Shown piece after piece: positions 46,281 to 60,904 of a stretch of DNA of 64,000 nt. Source of the stretch: Takakia lepidozioides. Its lineage: Eukaryota; Plantae; Bryophyta. Position 1 is the stretch's first letter; each line of letters opens with the position of its first letter. The stretch spans positions 24,242,001 to 24,306,000 of the forward strand of contig CM060731.1 in assembly GCA_030704615.1 (NCBI GenBank), read 5' to 3'. A model generated the notes under the pieces. That model saw only the letters and a program-made list of their open reading frames with translations. It searched no databases and was not told the origin of the DNA. The position numbers and the translations under genes were made by a program.

Positions 46281-48210
46281 ATGGATAGAGTCACTGCGAG
46301 GCGGATACTGAGGTGGCAGGAGAAAACATCAGAGATTCAGACATGCCAGTTGGTATTTGACACCCTGACATATAAGCACCGGAAAGGAGATTTGAGAAGA
46401 TGGGTGTATATCTGTCTCGTACTGCTCCTTTCAACTCCAGGTGTTTTGATCTCCCCTTTTTCTTTTCTCCTTGTTCCCTCCTTTGTGGCTTGGTTAGTTG
46501 TTTTGTTACAGAGCACGGAAGGAATACGAAGATATGGTAAGTTGTTATACTGCTTGATGTATACAGCGGGAGATCAGCTGAAGGATGTTGAACGTGACTT
46601 CAGACTCCTGGAATTTTCAAGTCTGGATCCTTCCTTTTCTCTTCCTTTCCTATGAGAAAAAAACCGCCAAGAATCCGCTCCCGTCCTCCCCCCTGCTTTG
46701 TCATGATCAACAACGCCTTGGAAGTGCCGGACCACCCAAGCGCGCGCGCAAACTCTTTCCTAGCCATTCTGTCAAGCAAGGGTTGGAGAAGTAAAGCTCA
46801 CATAGAGTGGCATAGCCGAAATTTATGACATAACTTAAGTGGGCTCGGACAAAGTTCAAAAGATCATTGGTTGCTCACAGGTGTTGCGGCTGATGGGAAC
46901 GTGACACTGGAGTCAATTACTATCTATAGTACGCATGAGTGGTTCAGGAACAAGCCAGAGGTGTATTTTCGATGTGAGGGTGAAGAGAAAGTGTACCTGC
47001 CAGATGTGGCTGAGAAGGATCAATTGTATGGGTTCATTGGCCTGGAGTCTTGGCAGGTATTCTAGTTCACCTGGAACCTTATCGGTGAGAGCATCTATTC
47101 ACAAGATGGAGGGTAGAAGTGCGCTGTGTTGCACAATGCCAGTGGGTTATAGAACTCCCAATTGGCGTTTCAATGTGCGGAGTGCCTTGACACAGAAGCA
47201 AATTCATAGATGGATTAATTGTAGCTTTGTACCTTTCTCAATGCAGAAAACACACCTGTTAACACCTATGCAGAGAAGATTCAAATTGAACTGAAAGCTG
47301 AAATTGGTTGATTGTCTGTTTGTCAGCCGCTGACAACCTTAATAGGCACAAAGTGCAAGCGATGTGGACTTTACGAAGAAGATAGAATGAAGCATGATGA
47401 CAAGTTTGATCAGTGGGAGCTTTGCCCTGCCGATTTTAGCCTGGAGCCTGAAGGCCGCAGCACACGCTTCAAAGAAAATGAGTTCAATGTCACGTTGTTG
47501 TGCCCACACTGCAATTCTCACGGTGAGCCACCCTTGACCAACCTGTTAATATCACCAGCATCTTTGCGCTTGTGTCTTTCTGAAGGTTCACCTCCCACCC
47601 TTTCAAATGAGACGAGATTTGGCATATAGAGCTCCACATGAAAGGGGATGACAATGCACAAAGAGTCTCCATTCAGTAGAGGCCATGAAAGAATTAGGCA
47701 CTGAAAGTAGACTCCAGGCACTGATCCAAGGTGTATGAGGCGGCCACATGGCATGAAGAACAAGACAGGTTGAAGATACTCACATCAATACTAGTGGAGT
47801 CAACTGGTGTGAAACTACCTTGAATTTATCTTGTATACGTCAGCTGCTTTGTTGGGCCTGAAATTTGGCTAATCTCCTAGAGGACTGGTGAGGATAACAA
47901 GAGCGTCTGGCATTCTACATGGGTCCTTACTAGTTGTATATGTACCGCAGAAGCGGAGTATGTAGCAAGAGTGCAAGACAGTCTGGACGGCCAAGATCTT
48001 GCTGACCCACCAAGTTCAGAAGAGGAGACTCACCAAGGGGTGACTGTAGTGGCATTTGTGTTTCTGCTCTTGTGTGTAGCTGGTCTTGCATTTATGGCCT
48101 ACAGTACATGGCGTCGGAAACAACAGGAGGCTCAACGAGCACGCTTTGTGAAGTTATTTGAAGATGATGATGATCTGGATTCCGAGTTGGGCCTAAAAGA
48201 TTCTCTTTAG
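46281..48210 (+). CDS. Conserved plant uncharacterised single-pass membrane protein (At3g53490-like), 4 exons
   Basis: Exons 46281..46440, 46881..47056, 47327..47522 and 47951..48210. VTLESITIYSTHEWF..PEVYFRC..LPDV..ESWQPLT..KCKRCGLYEED..DD.FDQWELC..EFNVTLLCPHC, then a TM helix and RARFVKLFEDDDD. Start codon uncertain. Confidence 0.85.
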
Positions 48211-48832
48211 TGCCTGTCTTCACACTCTCAACCAATTGCACCACAAGTCCAATAAGCAAACAGGCATGCATTTGCAATTTGAATATGAAGTTCATTGTGA
48301 ACTTTCTCACATTGAACCCTTTGTTGTTTGGTAGCTGATCTGTTGGGATGAGCACAACATTGCCCTGAAGTTGGTGTACACGTGAACAAGGTTATCAATG
48401 TGAGTGTAACTCCCCTGATCAACCAACCATTTGAAGGCAATGACATGCAGTCCAAACATTGTAGAAACTCAACCATACTTATCATCCAACATAAGCCCTC
48501 ATGTGGAGAATTCTTGCCTACTCCTGAATTCAACTTTTATTTAGGCCCAATGAACTTGACAACCCCTATCGAATTTCCTAATTGGAATCCAAATCATATG
48601 AATATCATATACGATCCGTCCGCACTACTGGATTTCTTGGAAGCCTAGCATACAACTTAGTTAACTATCCATGTAGGAGAAGAGATCCATGACCAAGCTC
48701 ATTTTGAAAGGTTGCCAATGAGTTGTGCCATTCTGTACAGTGTCCACAAACCCAGCTGCTAAAAGAGTAGAGCATCAACCCAACCAACAAAGGAAAAAAT
48801 CCTTGCAATGTAACTGGGGTCCGGATAAGAAG

Positions 48833-51800
48833 CTAGTACATCCATGGGAGACCTGACTCAACAAGTTCCCAGTCTCCTGCAATAAAATCACCCTCTGGTG
48901 GGGAACTATAGATGGGACGCTGTGCATGTGAGTGTGCACAGTAGTTCACACCCAACACCATTGCCCGAGGCACCACATGGGATACAGATTGAGCCACTGC
49001 TCCACCTGAGGCCACAACACAGAAGCACTAAAAATTAGAGGGGTTATATGTGGAAATGTCATATTTGCTTGATGTCAGAATATCAGTGAGAGTTGTCTAA
49101 TGCAAAACCATCATGTGCAGTTCTATGACAGTGCAACTATGCCTGTGAAGGCAGAGGCGATAACCACTACTTTTTTGGCATCCCACTCTCTATGTAATTG
49201 GATTCCTCATGAAACTGATTATGAGGGCACGGAGTGGTACAAAGGCCTCTAGAAGCAAACAAATGGTTAACAAATATTGAAAGATAAGGAAAAAGCAAAA
49301 TGAGCTTTATCCAATCATTTCCTAAATATAATTCTAGTTTGAATCCATTATGCGGAAGCGCTATACGATGATCAATGAAAAAATTACAACAAGACATGGT
49401 ACTGGTGGATATGGGACCGAAGATACTAATTTTCAACATGAACTGAAGAGAGTGTCAAATCCCCAAGCAAGCAAGGTTTGTTTTGGGAATTGAAGATGTA
49501 GAAGTGTTTGGTGAACCAAAGATGCTTTTGCCAGAACTCTTGGAGAAGAAATGTAAACACAAACAGTTTAGATTGAACTAATCAAAAATTGGCAAAGTGA
49601 CCACCATAATTTGGTCAAAGGGTTTATTTTGAATTCAGTCAAAGGATGTTGTGCCTTAGCAATTGGAGGTCATATAGCTTCTCCTCCAAAGAGTCCTCGC
49701 AAAAGTAGCAAAGTCTTTCATAGTCAATGGAGCATCTTCCCCATTTTCATCACATGTATGTAAGCGTCAGCAAAATCATTTGCAAACTTCATATATCGTT
49801 AGAAAGAAAAAGATTGTTTTTAATTTACACAAGTACAAAAAAAACACCCCTGCTCCCAAATGAAACCTTGAGATCTCTTGGAGGACAAAATTACATTGGT
49901 TTCAACATTGGGCAAAGACATACCATGAGTGATGCATAGTACATTTTCTCCACAGAACTTGTCAGCAACCGCTTGAATTACAGTGCAATACCTTCTGAGG
50001 CCATCGTCGAAACTCTCCCCCCATGCAGGTAACTGCATAACAAAAACATCATGTTCATCCTAACAGTTCTTGCCCTCATGTCACCCTGCCTTATCCGTCT
50101 CTCCCCTTATCTACTTGCAGAAGAGAGAAGAGAACTAGCACACCATAAATTATCAATCTAAGAATGGCAATTTCACCATTTCAAACATAAGTAAAAAATA
50201 GGAATATTCTATGGATGTATCAAACATGCGTAAGCAACAAACATACACATAATATACATGGGAATTCAGAATGGCCATGATAAGACACTGGCATTGCACC
50301 CATCCAATGAAGGAATAGGACTAGCAACACCCACTAGTGCCTATCATAGCATTATCTCCAACATGAAAAGAATTGGCTCATATGACATTGGTGATCAAGG
50401 TGTTCTACCTACAAAATAGGAGGCCATAGTCCTATAGAGTGAGGAGGAGACACTATAAATCACGCAAGTGAATTACCTTTCATATGCAAAGATTCAAGGC
50501 AAGGACCCCCACAGTCCATGCCATTTAATCTCCAGTGCAAATGTTGGAATGTTAAAAAATGCTTGTTTTCCTACATTTAAATTTATTTCAAGATAGAGTG
50601 AACCCTCTGACTTATCAAATACCCATTGAAATAGAATCCGCACAAGGAAAAGCATTTGCTATTTGCCGATTATTGGGAGCATCTAGGAAATGCCCGGATC
50701 CAAATATGGCTTTAAACCGAGTTACGAATCAATGGATGCTACGAGAGATAATGAAAACGCTATACAAAAGAAGGAAGAGACTCATCAAATGGCAGCAGCC
50801 AATGGAGCTTTCGCACATTTTTCCGTTAATCAAAGTAAAAGAAATGGAGAATATTTTTTCTTCTTTTGTCATTAATCTGAGAACCAAATGAGGGCAAAAA
50901 AAAATTCATGGAGGCCCAAATGATCAATTGGAAACTGGCGAGAGAGCAATGAATTATGATTTGTCTAAACCTTCAACCTCATTCAACCACCATCAATTTT
51001 CCCATAATTTGATAGCTCACAAAGACCTTTCTAGATTCGCACACCAAGGTGCTCCAGTAAAGTGGAGGAGCCCCTTTACATTATGTAGGCATGGTTTTTT
51101 ATTAATACTTTATTTTCTTTTTTCACTCCACCAACAATTGATTATGAGCCTTAATTTCTTTCGTTTTTCCAAGTGGGCATATCATGATCATTTATCACCA
51201 CCATTTCACCACCCTTTCAGGCTAGAGTAACAATAGTTACATCGAACCCTCGAATATGCTCAATAATCTCAAAATGATTTTGTGTTTCCAAAAATGATTG
51301 TAACATCGACAAAGTGAAGCTTTTCTTTCCAAGTTCTAATGGTTGATGAGTTCTTAAGTCAATCCGTTGTCTGAGTTAAAGAAATAAAATGAATCGGTCT
51401 GCATTGAAATACACAAATGGTCAGAGAATCTTGTATGAATGATATGGTTACTCATTGTGCACCTTAAGTGAAAAGAGAGAGCAAGTTGTGTTATCCCAAC
51501 AAATAGAGCAAAAGTTAAAAACTGTGATTAGCTATTCAAGAGAATTCTCTCAGTTCACAATGGAAGATGGTAACTTGTTTTCGCAAAACAGTTTGTGACC
51601 AATTTGGCTATTGCAAAAACATCATCCAAACTTTGTAAGCCAATAAGGCATTCCAGATCATGCTCGCCATAGAAAGGTGGTAAGATGATTCAAAGCAGTT
51701 TTTTAAGTTCCTCCTTGTTTTGGTGTGGTAAGATGATTCAAAGCAATTTTTCAAGTTCCTCCTTGTTTTGCATTTGTAAGGTATGGTAAGAATTAAAAGC

Positions 51801-53680
51801 AGTTTCTTAAATTCCTCCTTGTTTTACATTCGTAAGGTGTGATAAGATGATTCAAAGCAGTTTCTTAAATTCCTCCTTGTTTTACATTTGTAAGGTGTGG
51901 TAAGATGATTCAAAGCAGTTTCTTAAATTCCTCCTTGTTTTACATTTGTAAGGTGTGGTAAGATGATTCAAAGCAGTTTTTTTGAAGTTCTTCCTTGTTT
52001 TACATTCGTAAGGTGTGGTAAGATAATTCAAAGCAGTTTCTTAAGTTCATCCTGGTTTTACATTCGTAAGGTGTGGTAAGATGATTCAAAGCAGTTTCCT
52101 AAGTTCCTCCTTGTTTTACATGTGTAAAGTGTGGTAAGATAATTCAAAGCAGTTTCTTAGGCTCTTCCTTGTTTAACATTTGTAAGGTGTGGTAAGATGA
52201 TTCAAAGCAGTTTCTTAAGTTCCTCCTTGTTTTACATTCGTAAGGTGTGGTAAGATGATTCAATGCAGTTTCCTAAGTTCCTCCTTGTTTTACATTCGTA
52301 AGGTGTGGTAAGATGATTCAAAGCAGTTTCCTAAGTTCCTCCTTGTTTTACATTCGTAAGGTGTGGTAAGATGATTCAAAGCAGTTTCCTAAGTTCCTCC
52401 TTGTTTTACATTCGTAAGGTGTGGTAAGATGATTCAAAGCCGTTTCCCAAGTTCCTCCTTGTTTTACATTTGTGATTGACCCCCCTCCCAAGAAAAGACA
52501 ATTCCTATTCGGAACTCTTAAGCACCCTCATAATCATGCCCACATGGATTGACTGACAAACATGCATTTGACAGCAAAGAGAGAATTCACACCAGCAAAG
52601 ACACCATTTGCTACACACTTTGTTTGAACCAAGAGAATTCAAAAGCACGTAAAGAAAGAACGGACCTTGGGCCATGTTAACGCCACTGAGTTGTCAAGAG
52701 TTCCACTTGGAAGCAAAGCATGCAGCTCTGACAGTTGCAAGGTCCAGGGAGTTGAATCCACCACCGCAGCTGGTGGATGGTTGCAAATAATTGCTCCATT
52801 CATCAGCTCCCCCAACCCATATTCTATAGATACCTGTCCTTCCAAACTCCATCGAACCACACCACACCAAAGTCATCAGCAAGACAACAAAGCATAAGTA
52901 ATTCTTTTCTCAGATGGGTGACACACCCTTTCACATAACTGTACATTCTTTCACAATAAGGGGTTGTCAACTTATTGTGAACCTCTGGACCCCTGTGGGT
53001 CTCTAAGACTGTGTACATGCCTCATCCTTACCAGGCATCTATGCATCATTTACAAATCAGAATAAGTGCTTTGACACTGACTTGAGTTTTGAAACCCCCT
53101 TGGCCTTTAAATCCCCATGGCTATCCAAGTTCAATGTCACCCACTTTCTTTCCCTCTTCCAAAACTGATACTGGGTGCGCTTTCAATTCACATGTGGCTT
53201 CTGAACCCTTTCGTCATGAGAGAGAGGTCTCACCTCTAATGCCACTTACACAGACAGGATAAGGTGCCCAGATTGGCCGAAACTAGAGGTTAAAAGCAGA
53301 GAGATTACCTTGACCTTGGACGGGTCGATGACGGCGTCACGACTACTGTTGGCATCACTGCTGGACTCCACCATACAAAGAGCTGCAATAACTTCCGCAG
53401 CTGTTTGAATACATCTTAAAAAGGGGGAGACCACGACTCGAGTTATGTCCCAACCGTCAGTTCGCAGGTTTTTTCCCACCTCCCAAGCCTGAAGCTTTCC
53501 TCTCTCTGTAATCGGGGGATCCCAAGGACGGGCAGCTGTGGAAACCCAATCAGGTTCATCGTCCGATCTCTCTCCGTGTCGCATAACGAACAAATTCTGA
53601 ATAAATGGATCTGGCATATCGTCAGCTGCATCATGGCTCTCTGACCGGAGGGGATCCGTATTCGGAATTTCACTTGCCAT
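48833..53680 (-). CDS. Histidine phosphatase / phosphoglycerate mutase family protein, 4 exons
   Basis: Exons 53680..53309, 52833..52666, 50032..49924 and 49005..48833. Catalytic motifs VMRHGER, DPPIT..G, SPFLRC.QTA, IEYGLGE and LCITHG. GT-AG introns in phase. Confidence 0.92.
51674..52473. repeat. 58-bp minisatellite, ~14 tandem units, in intron 2 of the histidine-phosphatase gene
   Basis: Unit aaggtgtggtaagatgattcaaagcagtttc(t/c)taagttcctccttgttttacatt(t/c)gt. Period 58 (e.g. 52241 to 52299), with no unique spacers. Confidence 0.95.
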
Positions 53681-55744
53681 GAGGAGTTTCTGAGCTGGAC
53701 TGCTCTATCTCTTGTGGTAGTGTTCAGTCGCAGAAGCGCTTATGAGGTCAGAAGTGACTGTTCATCATAACTGCTATGGAACCAAAAAAGAAAAGAAAAA
53801 TGGAATAATGACCGGCCTCCAAGCTCAACACAGGCTCAACACCTGCTTTCCCATGTCTCCACTTCAGTGTGAAAAGAGAACTAGGACCCGATATTAGGAA
53901 TAAGACAAAACTGACTTCACAAAATCTCTCCTCCGATTCTACGAGTGCTTCACCCCGAGCTTCTCCTCTACGTGATAAAACACAGCTCTTCCAACATTAC
54001 TTGTATCGCTTCCAAGGAGCATCGGTATCCTCCCTAAACTCCCTCGACATTCACTAGTCTAGTCCCAGCTTTTGGGCATGTCTGGATTGCCTCGCAATCA
54101 AGCAACAGTAGCAGTTTGTAAGCCGGGCGAAAGCGAAAAAGCAAAAGCAAATAATCTATTGGACCTTTGGGAGATTCCAACTTGAACTCAAGAAACAGCA
54201 AGGTGGTCTCAGCAGCTCCTGCAGAGGAGACAGACTCAGCTGGCAAGTTGGACAACGAAAGACACCCAACAGCCAAACGAAGACGACGAAGACGACAGTG
54301 TGTATGCTAGGAAAACAACACTAATCCTGTGCCGTGGAAACACTGGCACTAGCAGTCGCAAGCAATACAATACCCACCATGACCACTAGAGAAGCTGAGA
54401 AACCAACAGATGGGTGGCAAAGGACAGGGAGAGAAGAAACTCATTACCCTGAGACGGTGCGCTATGGAATCTGACCAACGCCAGACTACAGAACTAGACA
54501 ACAAACGCCGAGCCTTAAGTGATGCCGCTTGCCTCCAGCAACTAACCAGCCCGCTCTAAATTACTACTAAGATTCACGTTGGCTTTGCTGGCTGCCATGT
54601 ATGGCACAAACAACCGGCCATGCTCTCCATCCTCCTTCCTCAACAGAAAGTCTTCACTGTTTCCCTTTACATAGCAATGGGAATATTTGTACCCTGCAAT
54701 ATTGTACCCACAGTCCTTTCTCTTAAAGAGGGGCATCAGAGCCTTTAAAATTTTACCATATACTAAAAGAGGTAGCCCTGGAAATCCATGAGGGAATCAC
54801 CCATACCAACTGGAATGCTCCAGCTAGCTATTGCTTAGGCCTAAGAGAGAGAAGCAATGAGAAGCATATATATTTAGGCCTCAGAGAGAGAAGCCATATA
54901 TATATATATATAACTTATTTATTTACTTATATTTGAAAGGAAATTGACAGCTGGAGCGACCACCCACAAAATCAGCCACTTAATTACATTCCAAAGAATG
55001 ATAGTATGACCATATGAATCTTATAAGTGTGGCTCAATCAACATAACTGAGTACATCTATCCATAAGTATATCATAATCATCACACGATTAGTGTCCATC
55101 ACTAACTTACCGGTTACAATTTATTTTACTTTATTTTATTTACAATTAACACTGCCAAGTTAGAAATAGTTATCTTTATAGGCTCTCGTCCCCTTTCTTT
55201 AAATAAAAATAAGTAAGTCCAACATGTAAAGATAGGGGTACATGATCAACTTCCCCACTAAATATCAATCATAGTGCGCCTCTTTACCCAAAGCTTCTGT
55301 CCTCATACTTACTCCTCCTCATTTCTTGCTTCCGACCCCATCCGTGACCTTGTGTTCAAAATTTGACTGTGTCGATATCCTTGTCTGCATTCCTTTGGAG
55401 TTTCCCGTGCAACGTGGATCCTAAGGGTTGGGGCCATCATTTCCATTGATGTGCACATCACCATGCAGGCAGCACAAATGGCATGCTTGCAAAATGCCAC
55501 ACAATTGTATGAGGCCCCACCACAGCTTGCCAGTGTGCCGGATCTTTCACGTAAACCATTGGATCATTTGTCTGGGTTCGTAAAACCAATCTATTCTCTT
55601 TTTCTTTGGGTCCTGATACTAGCGGATTTGATAAATGATCATTCAATTCTGTGCATAGAATGTCATTTTTGCCCAGCTAACAAGTATGAAATCAGCAAGT
55701 ATGCTCTTGCAGAGGGTGCTAAATCCACCTCACATGAGTCAGAT

Positions 55745-55900
55745 TCTGTATGGCAATGATCCTCTTCATGGACACGTATTGGCAGCGCGTAGAATTCTTC
55801 ATAAAAACAACTACCAAATATGTAGCTGAGGTTTTGGACTCACATCCCTAAGAATCTGGCCGGCTGTATTTGGCGATGTCAAAATAGTCTACTATTGTCT
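55745..55900 (+). mobile_element. Possible hAT transposase remnant
   Basis: Degenerate AMILFMDTYWQRVEFFIKT...DSHP..GRLYLAM resembles the FW..V....PI...LR..D.D.P.MG.IY.AM block of plant hAT transposases. Short and decayed. Confidence 0.3.
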
Positions 55901-58900
55901 TGACACAGTGTGCGTAAAATGTGAAGGAGTAAGATGATGGGCAATCTACTACTAATAAAAATGTTTGAGTTCATTTCAATAAAACAACCCCAAATGGCAA
56001 CACCTGGCTAGGATTCCATGCACGGCTGTGTATTTATGTGTATAATAATATGTACGACGTGGGAAGGCAGGATAGATTATGGTGTCTCTTGATCCCGATC
56101 CCCAAGGACTACTTCCTTCCGGCAAGAAGGTGGACACTGGACACCACCTTTGTGACACCAACCGGTGGACTGACCACACAACCACTCGAGAGGTGGTATG
56201 TGCCCATTACCACTGGGCTACTGTCACAAATGGCCAGTGGTTACTAGGGCACAATGCCCTTCTTCGTTTCGAAGTCACAATAGGTGTAAATAATGATGAA
56301 ACCCTGCAAAGCTTTTATTTACAAACTAACATGAGGTAACTGTACAAAGTATGGAAAGTTCCCATAGCAAGGGAAGAGTTAACATAACTTAAAGAAATGA
56401 AAAAGAAAGCATATCAAGCTAATCAAACCGACTGATCATCGCATCCAACTGCCTCAATGACATCAGACAAAGAAATGGGTGTGACATCGGGAAGAGCAGA
56501 TAGATGAGACGAAGCCATGCCAGCTACAGTAGCCCGATGCAAGTTGGACCTAGCCTGTGAAGTAAGGGCCCAGGTTTGAAGTTGGTGTGAAGATTAGAGG
56601 GTGGTCCATGAATTAGAAAGCGGGGGTTATGGTATGATATACACCAGGAGTTGAATTGATAACTGCCATGTAAGGGCCAAAAAAAAAAAAAAAAAAAAAA
56701 AAGGTGGGACCTATTAAATAGGGGATGGTTCACGCGCCATGGGGGGAGCAAGTGTCACCTAGTTATAGCTGACCTAGTTATATGAGGTGTATTGATCAAT
56801 CGATATTTAGTGTGGATACCTAAGGACTTTCAAATCAGTAGGGCCACAATGTTGCCCAATTACACTAATTAGGAGGTGTTCACTGTTCACCCTCCCAACA
56901 GAGGCAAGAGACCTCCATGAGACACACCATAATTTCACTCATTTCGACATAAGTCTTACATCAATATATTCAGAATTTTTCATAGCAGGACCACCTGCCA
57001 AAGGCAAAGTGGTGGTAGGTGGTTGGTCAGTGGTGAGACAGAGACGTTTACATATATGTATATACATATATATATTAGAACATTAAATCAATTTGTGGTT
57101 AGAGCATAATACCATTTGATTAGTGGTTATGGGTTGAAAATCACATAGATATCATAAGGTGTCCATCTTCCCATTGGAAGGCAGCAAGCCTTGGGGTCAA
57201 GTGACACATAGGTTAAGCTTGCTTTGACAAGTGTCAGCATTTTTATGTTATTTTTAATTTTTTACTAGGGGATGGGTCCATTTTGACGGAGAAGCCACAT
57301 GTACAATTTTGGTAAGCCCCAAAGGTGTGGATGCTGACGATGATCCACAATAAATTCCTAAGGACATTCCATGATATAAATGGCCTTTAATCCATAAGGC
57401 CTTGGGTTGCAGCCGCTGTCATCCACAAAATAACTTTTGTGGATGAACATGGATGAAAAAACTTTCTGAATGAAAAGTGAGCACTAGCACTCCGCATTGC
57501 GGCCCCCAAAATAACAAGCACCTAAAACTGCGATGGGCTCTCTTGCTTCAGCAAAATATAACAGAGGTAGGGTTGAGGGACATGACTCAGCACAACACAC
57601 CAATCCGAGCCTTTGACACGGTATAAGGTCCTTTGACCGCATTTTCTCCGTTGACTTCAACATGTTGCAAAGTCTCTCTCTACAAGAAAGCCAATAAAAA
57701 CCCAGCTACGATTTTCTAAGGCCCTAGGGGTACCCAAAAATCTCCGGTTGGGGTCCGCAAGCACACATGACCGCCTACGTGGTAGTTTGGCGGCGATGGG
57801 CTTCACGACCAGCTGCATGTCCACCCGTGCGGACAGCGCCCATCCTTCGTGGCTAGGTGGTGGGAGTCCATCACCCGACATGCCATGCATTCAACTTTTT
57901 TCAACTTTTTTCTTTTCAGCTTATTTCTCAATTGTAGGAGGTAAAGGACAAGAAGTAAAGAAACAGAAAGATAAAGAAAAGAAAGAAATGGGGCCCTTTA
58001 GAGGGAAATCCTCCGTAAGATATCCCACCTAAGAAATGGCTTACGGGGAATTTCCCTATAAGACCCCACATCGGGAAATTCTGCTCCAAAAGATCCAAAA
58101 AATACAAAAATACAAAGGAAAGAAGCTCGAAAATATTTACGCTCATATGCATATGCATGTTAGCGTTGGGGCAATGTAGCCTCACTTCCTCTTTAGAAGG
58201 CCACATCACGACTAAAACTATTGCTTGCCCTTGCAAGAACCCGATGTATTTTGTGGGGCCATGTCCATCTTTGTGAAGGCATCCGAAGTTATTCAAACGT
58301 CCCACCTACCAAAAAGGGCCCCAACTGTATTTCAGAGTCGCCAGGAAAACAACAAGAACTGAGGGGGGCTTGAACCCCCCTGATCTCCCCAGTATGCCAG
58401 CAGTCCCCCTCCCCTCAAGCAACCAAACAATCCCAGTGGATATCACCCCAAATCTGGCATGACATTCCAACTAGCTTCCCCAAAAAACATAAGCACCCAA
58501 AGAAACAACAGAATCCAATATCCTACCCGCCCCCACTCTCTCATCACTCTCACACATGATGACGATGAAGTGACGAGGACAAAAATAAGAAAATGACAAC
58601 GTGCTTCCATGACACACCCAACGTAGACATCAAGAAAAATCATAAAGATGGCAAATCATCTCGGTCAAACTGCATTTTTCTCATTGAAAGATAATAATGT
58701 CTTCAATGCGCTCGCGTGTGCCAGCAGCGGGCCCGCGTGTAGCATGGTCACAAAGGGTGGGAGCACCCCTACCCGTCGGAGGGTCCGCTGCGGCTCAATC
58801 TGCTATTGGATCTGCCGGACAAGCAAGTCTACTGCTGGGTCTACTGGGCAAGCTAGGTCTGCTGCGACCCATAAAACACACAAAACATGTACTGGTATGC

Positions 58901-58999
58901 ACACAAAACATTAATTATTTCCAAGTTTTGCAGAAAGCAGCAGGTAGTGTGGTTGTTAAGAACAATGCATGATTAGCATAAGATTTGGTGTTCAATTCT

Positions 59000-60904
59000 T
59001 GTCAGGTGGTAATGGGCCGTAGTAATTATGTGTGTTATTAATTATATGTTTTGTATAATGGTTCTTTCTGAAATTTTCCCACGTCCTTTTCTTATACGGC
59101 GGCAGACATTCCAGCGGACTAGGCAGGTGGACTCACAGTCCACTCTGCACGTAGAGTGGACCCTCCAGCGGACTTACAGAGTGGACTAGACTACAGAGTG
59201 GACCCTTCAGCAAACTCTGTAGAACATACTAGACTATCCAATGGACCCCCGGGCGGACCCGGTGGATGGGCGGTGGGCTTATGAGCTAACCCCATGGGCC
59301 GTATTGGCGGTGTCGCGCACCTCACTTCGGTAAACTCCCCTTCAAGTCATAGTTACTCGCTTTGATGCGCGCGCCTAACTCCCGACCTGGCCGCCGGGCC
59401 AACTTGGAGCTTCGGCTGCTCACCGAGACATAACGGTCCCCCCTTCGCTTCCCTCTAAAACCCTCCACCTAATTGGGACTAGGAGAATTCCCTTTGGTAG
59501 ATGGCAGTCCGGAACAGCTCCCCACTCTTTGGTCGCTTTCCGGCTCGCTCACTTACTCACTAGTTTTTGGTCACCAACGGGCTTGCACCGTTCTCGGGGT
59601 TACTACTCCCTATATATACTTCTGTAGCTGTCCGCGGGGGTTTCACAACCAGCCATGCCATTTTATGGCGAACCACCACGAAGACCCTCGATTCTCGGTG
59701 GTGAGTCGCGGTGAGTCTTGGCCCGCTCACCACGGCCCCTATGGACCGTGATGAGTCCCAAGACTCCCCACGACTCCCACCACGAGGTCTCCGCCCCCAT
59801 GGTGAGTCCTATGCCACCCCCACTAAGTCCCACTAGCTACCACCACCCTTGTGGAGCCACCCCCACCGCAACCCGGTGTGCGGGGCTCCACCTAGTGAGC
59901 GCCTCCGCTTCCTGAGTGCCTTGGGCACTCAAGGGTGCCTCAGCCCCCCATACCTATCGCTGCCGCTGCCCCCACCACAGGGGCAGCCCCTCATGTGTCC
60001 CGACCCCCTGCCCTCAAGGCAAAGGGCCGCGACACACACCCCTACCAACAGGGAGTCGATGTCCTCATCGACTTGTCCATTTTGTAGAAACGAACATCCA
60101 AGTTGTGGCGTCCCACATCAAGGAGTTTGTTTCTGTACCATGGCGTCCCATGGCAAAGAACCAAACCCCACACTTGACTCTACTCTCCACTAGCTAGTTC
60201 GGCCGACTTCCTCCAAGTCCCGGCCAAGGGTGGAGCCTCTCCAGCTCCTCCCAGTGCACTCTTCTTGGCCTACTTCAAGGCCAAGGAACGATCCTCCCCG
60301 AGGATCGAATCGCCTTACTGCAACAACATTGCTTGCGATCGCTCATGATGCCGCTTTGGCATCACCTTGAGCAAGGGTTCACCTGGAACCCTCTTTGACT
60401 AGGAAGATAACCTTGAACCAACCGTGCGCCCCAATCACTACAATTGGGTCCGCCTTGGAATGCTGGCCTGAGGTACGGGAACACGCCGAAGCCGCACTAC
60501 GACTTCGTCCCGAGGTTACACGATTATAGTACGTGAACGGAAGCACGTAGCTTCCGCGTTAGCCCGCACTACAAGGCAACCCCTCGGTAGCGCAGTTATA
60601 GTACGCGCACGCGCCAGGTGCGCACTAGCACGTGAACTCCCAAAGAAGGCGCAAGTTTCCTTGCCCCTTGGATGGAAGTCACCCGATTTCGGCACTGCGC
60701 AAACACACGATTAACCCAATTTACCTCTCCCACTTTTGTAAGCTAGCATGTATTCTACACACTAGCCAACCACATCATGCATCACCATTCCAAACACAAT
60801 AGGACGCACAATATTTGGAACCCATTTCCTTTATAACAAATTTTTGTACAATACAAGTTTTTGCAATCGGATTCCTGAGCTAGCTTAACCGGGCTAAGCA
60901 TGCA
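59000..60904 (-). repeat. Probable 3' LTR (~1.9 kb) of the chromovirus
   Basis: Begins with TG right after the polypurine tract GGGGGAGGAAA (minus strand, 60905-60915). Putative end ...ccacctgaCA at 59000. The 5' LTR is outside the window, so the distal boundary is unverified. Confidence 0.5.

Noticed and set aside
51674-52473. CRISPR-like array
   Set aside because: Units are head-to-tail with no unique spacers, there are no cas genes, and the context is a eukaryotic intron. It is a minisatellite.
55946-56763. Second small Helitron (a^tctactactaataaaa ... cacctag^t)
   Set aside because: The termini are suggestive, but the subterminal hairpin is unconvincing and there is no empty site to confirm it.
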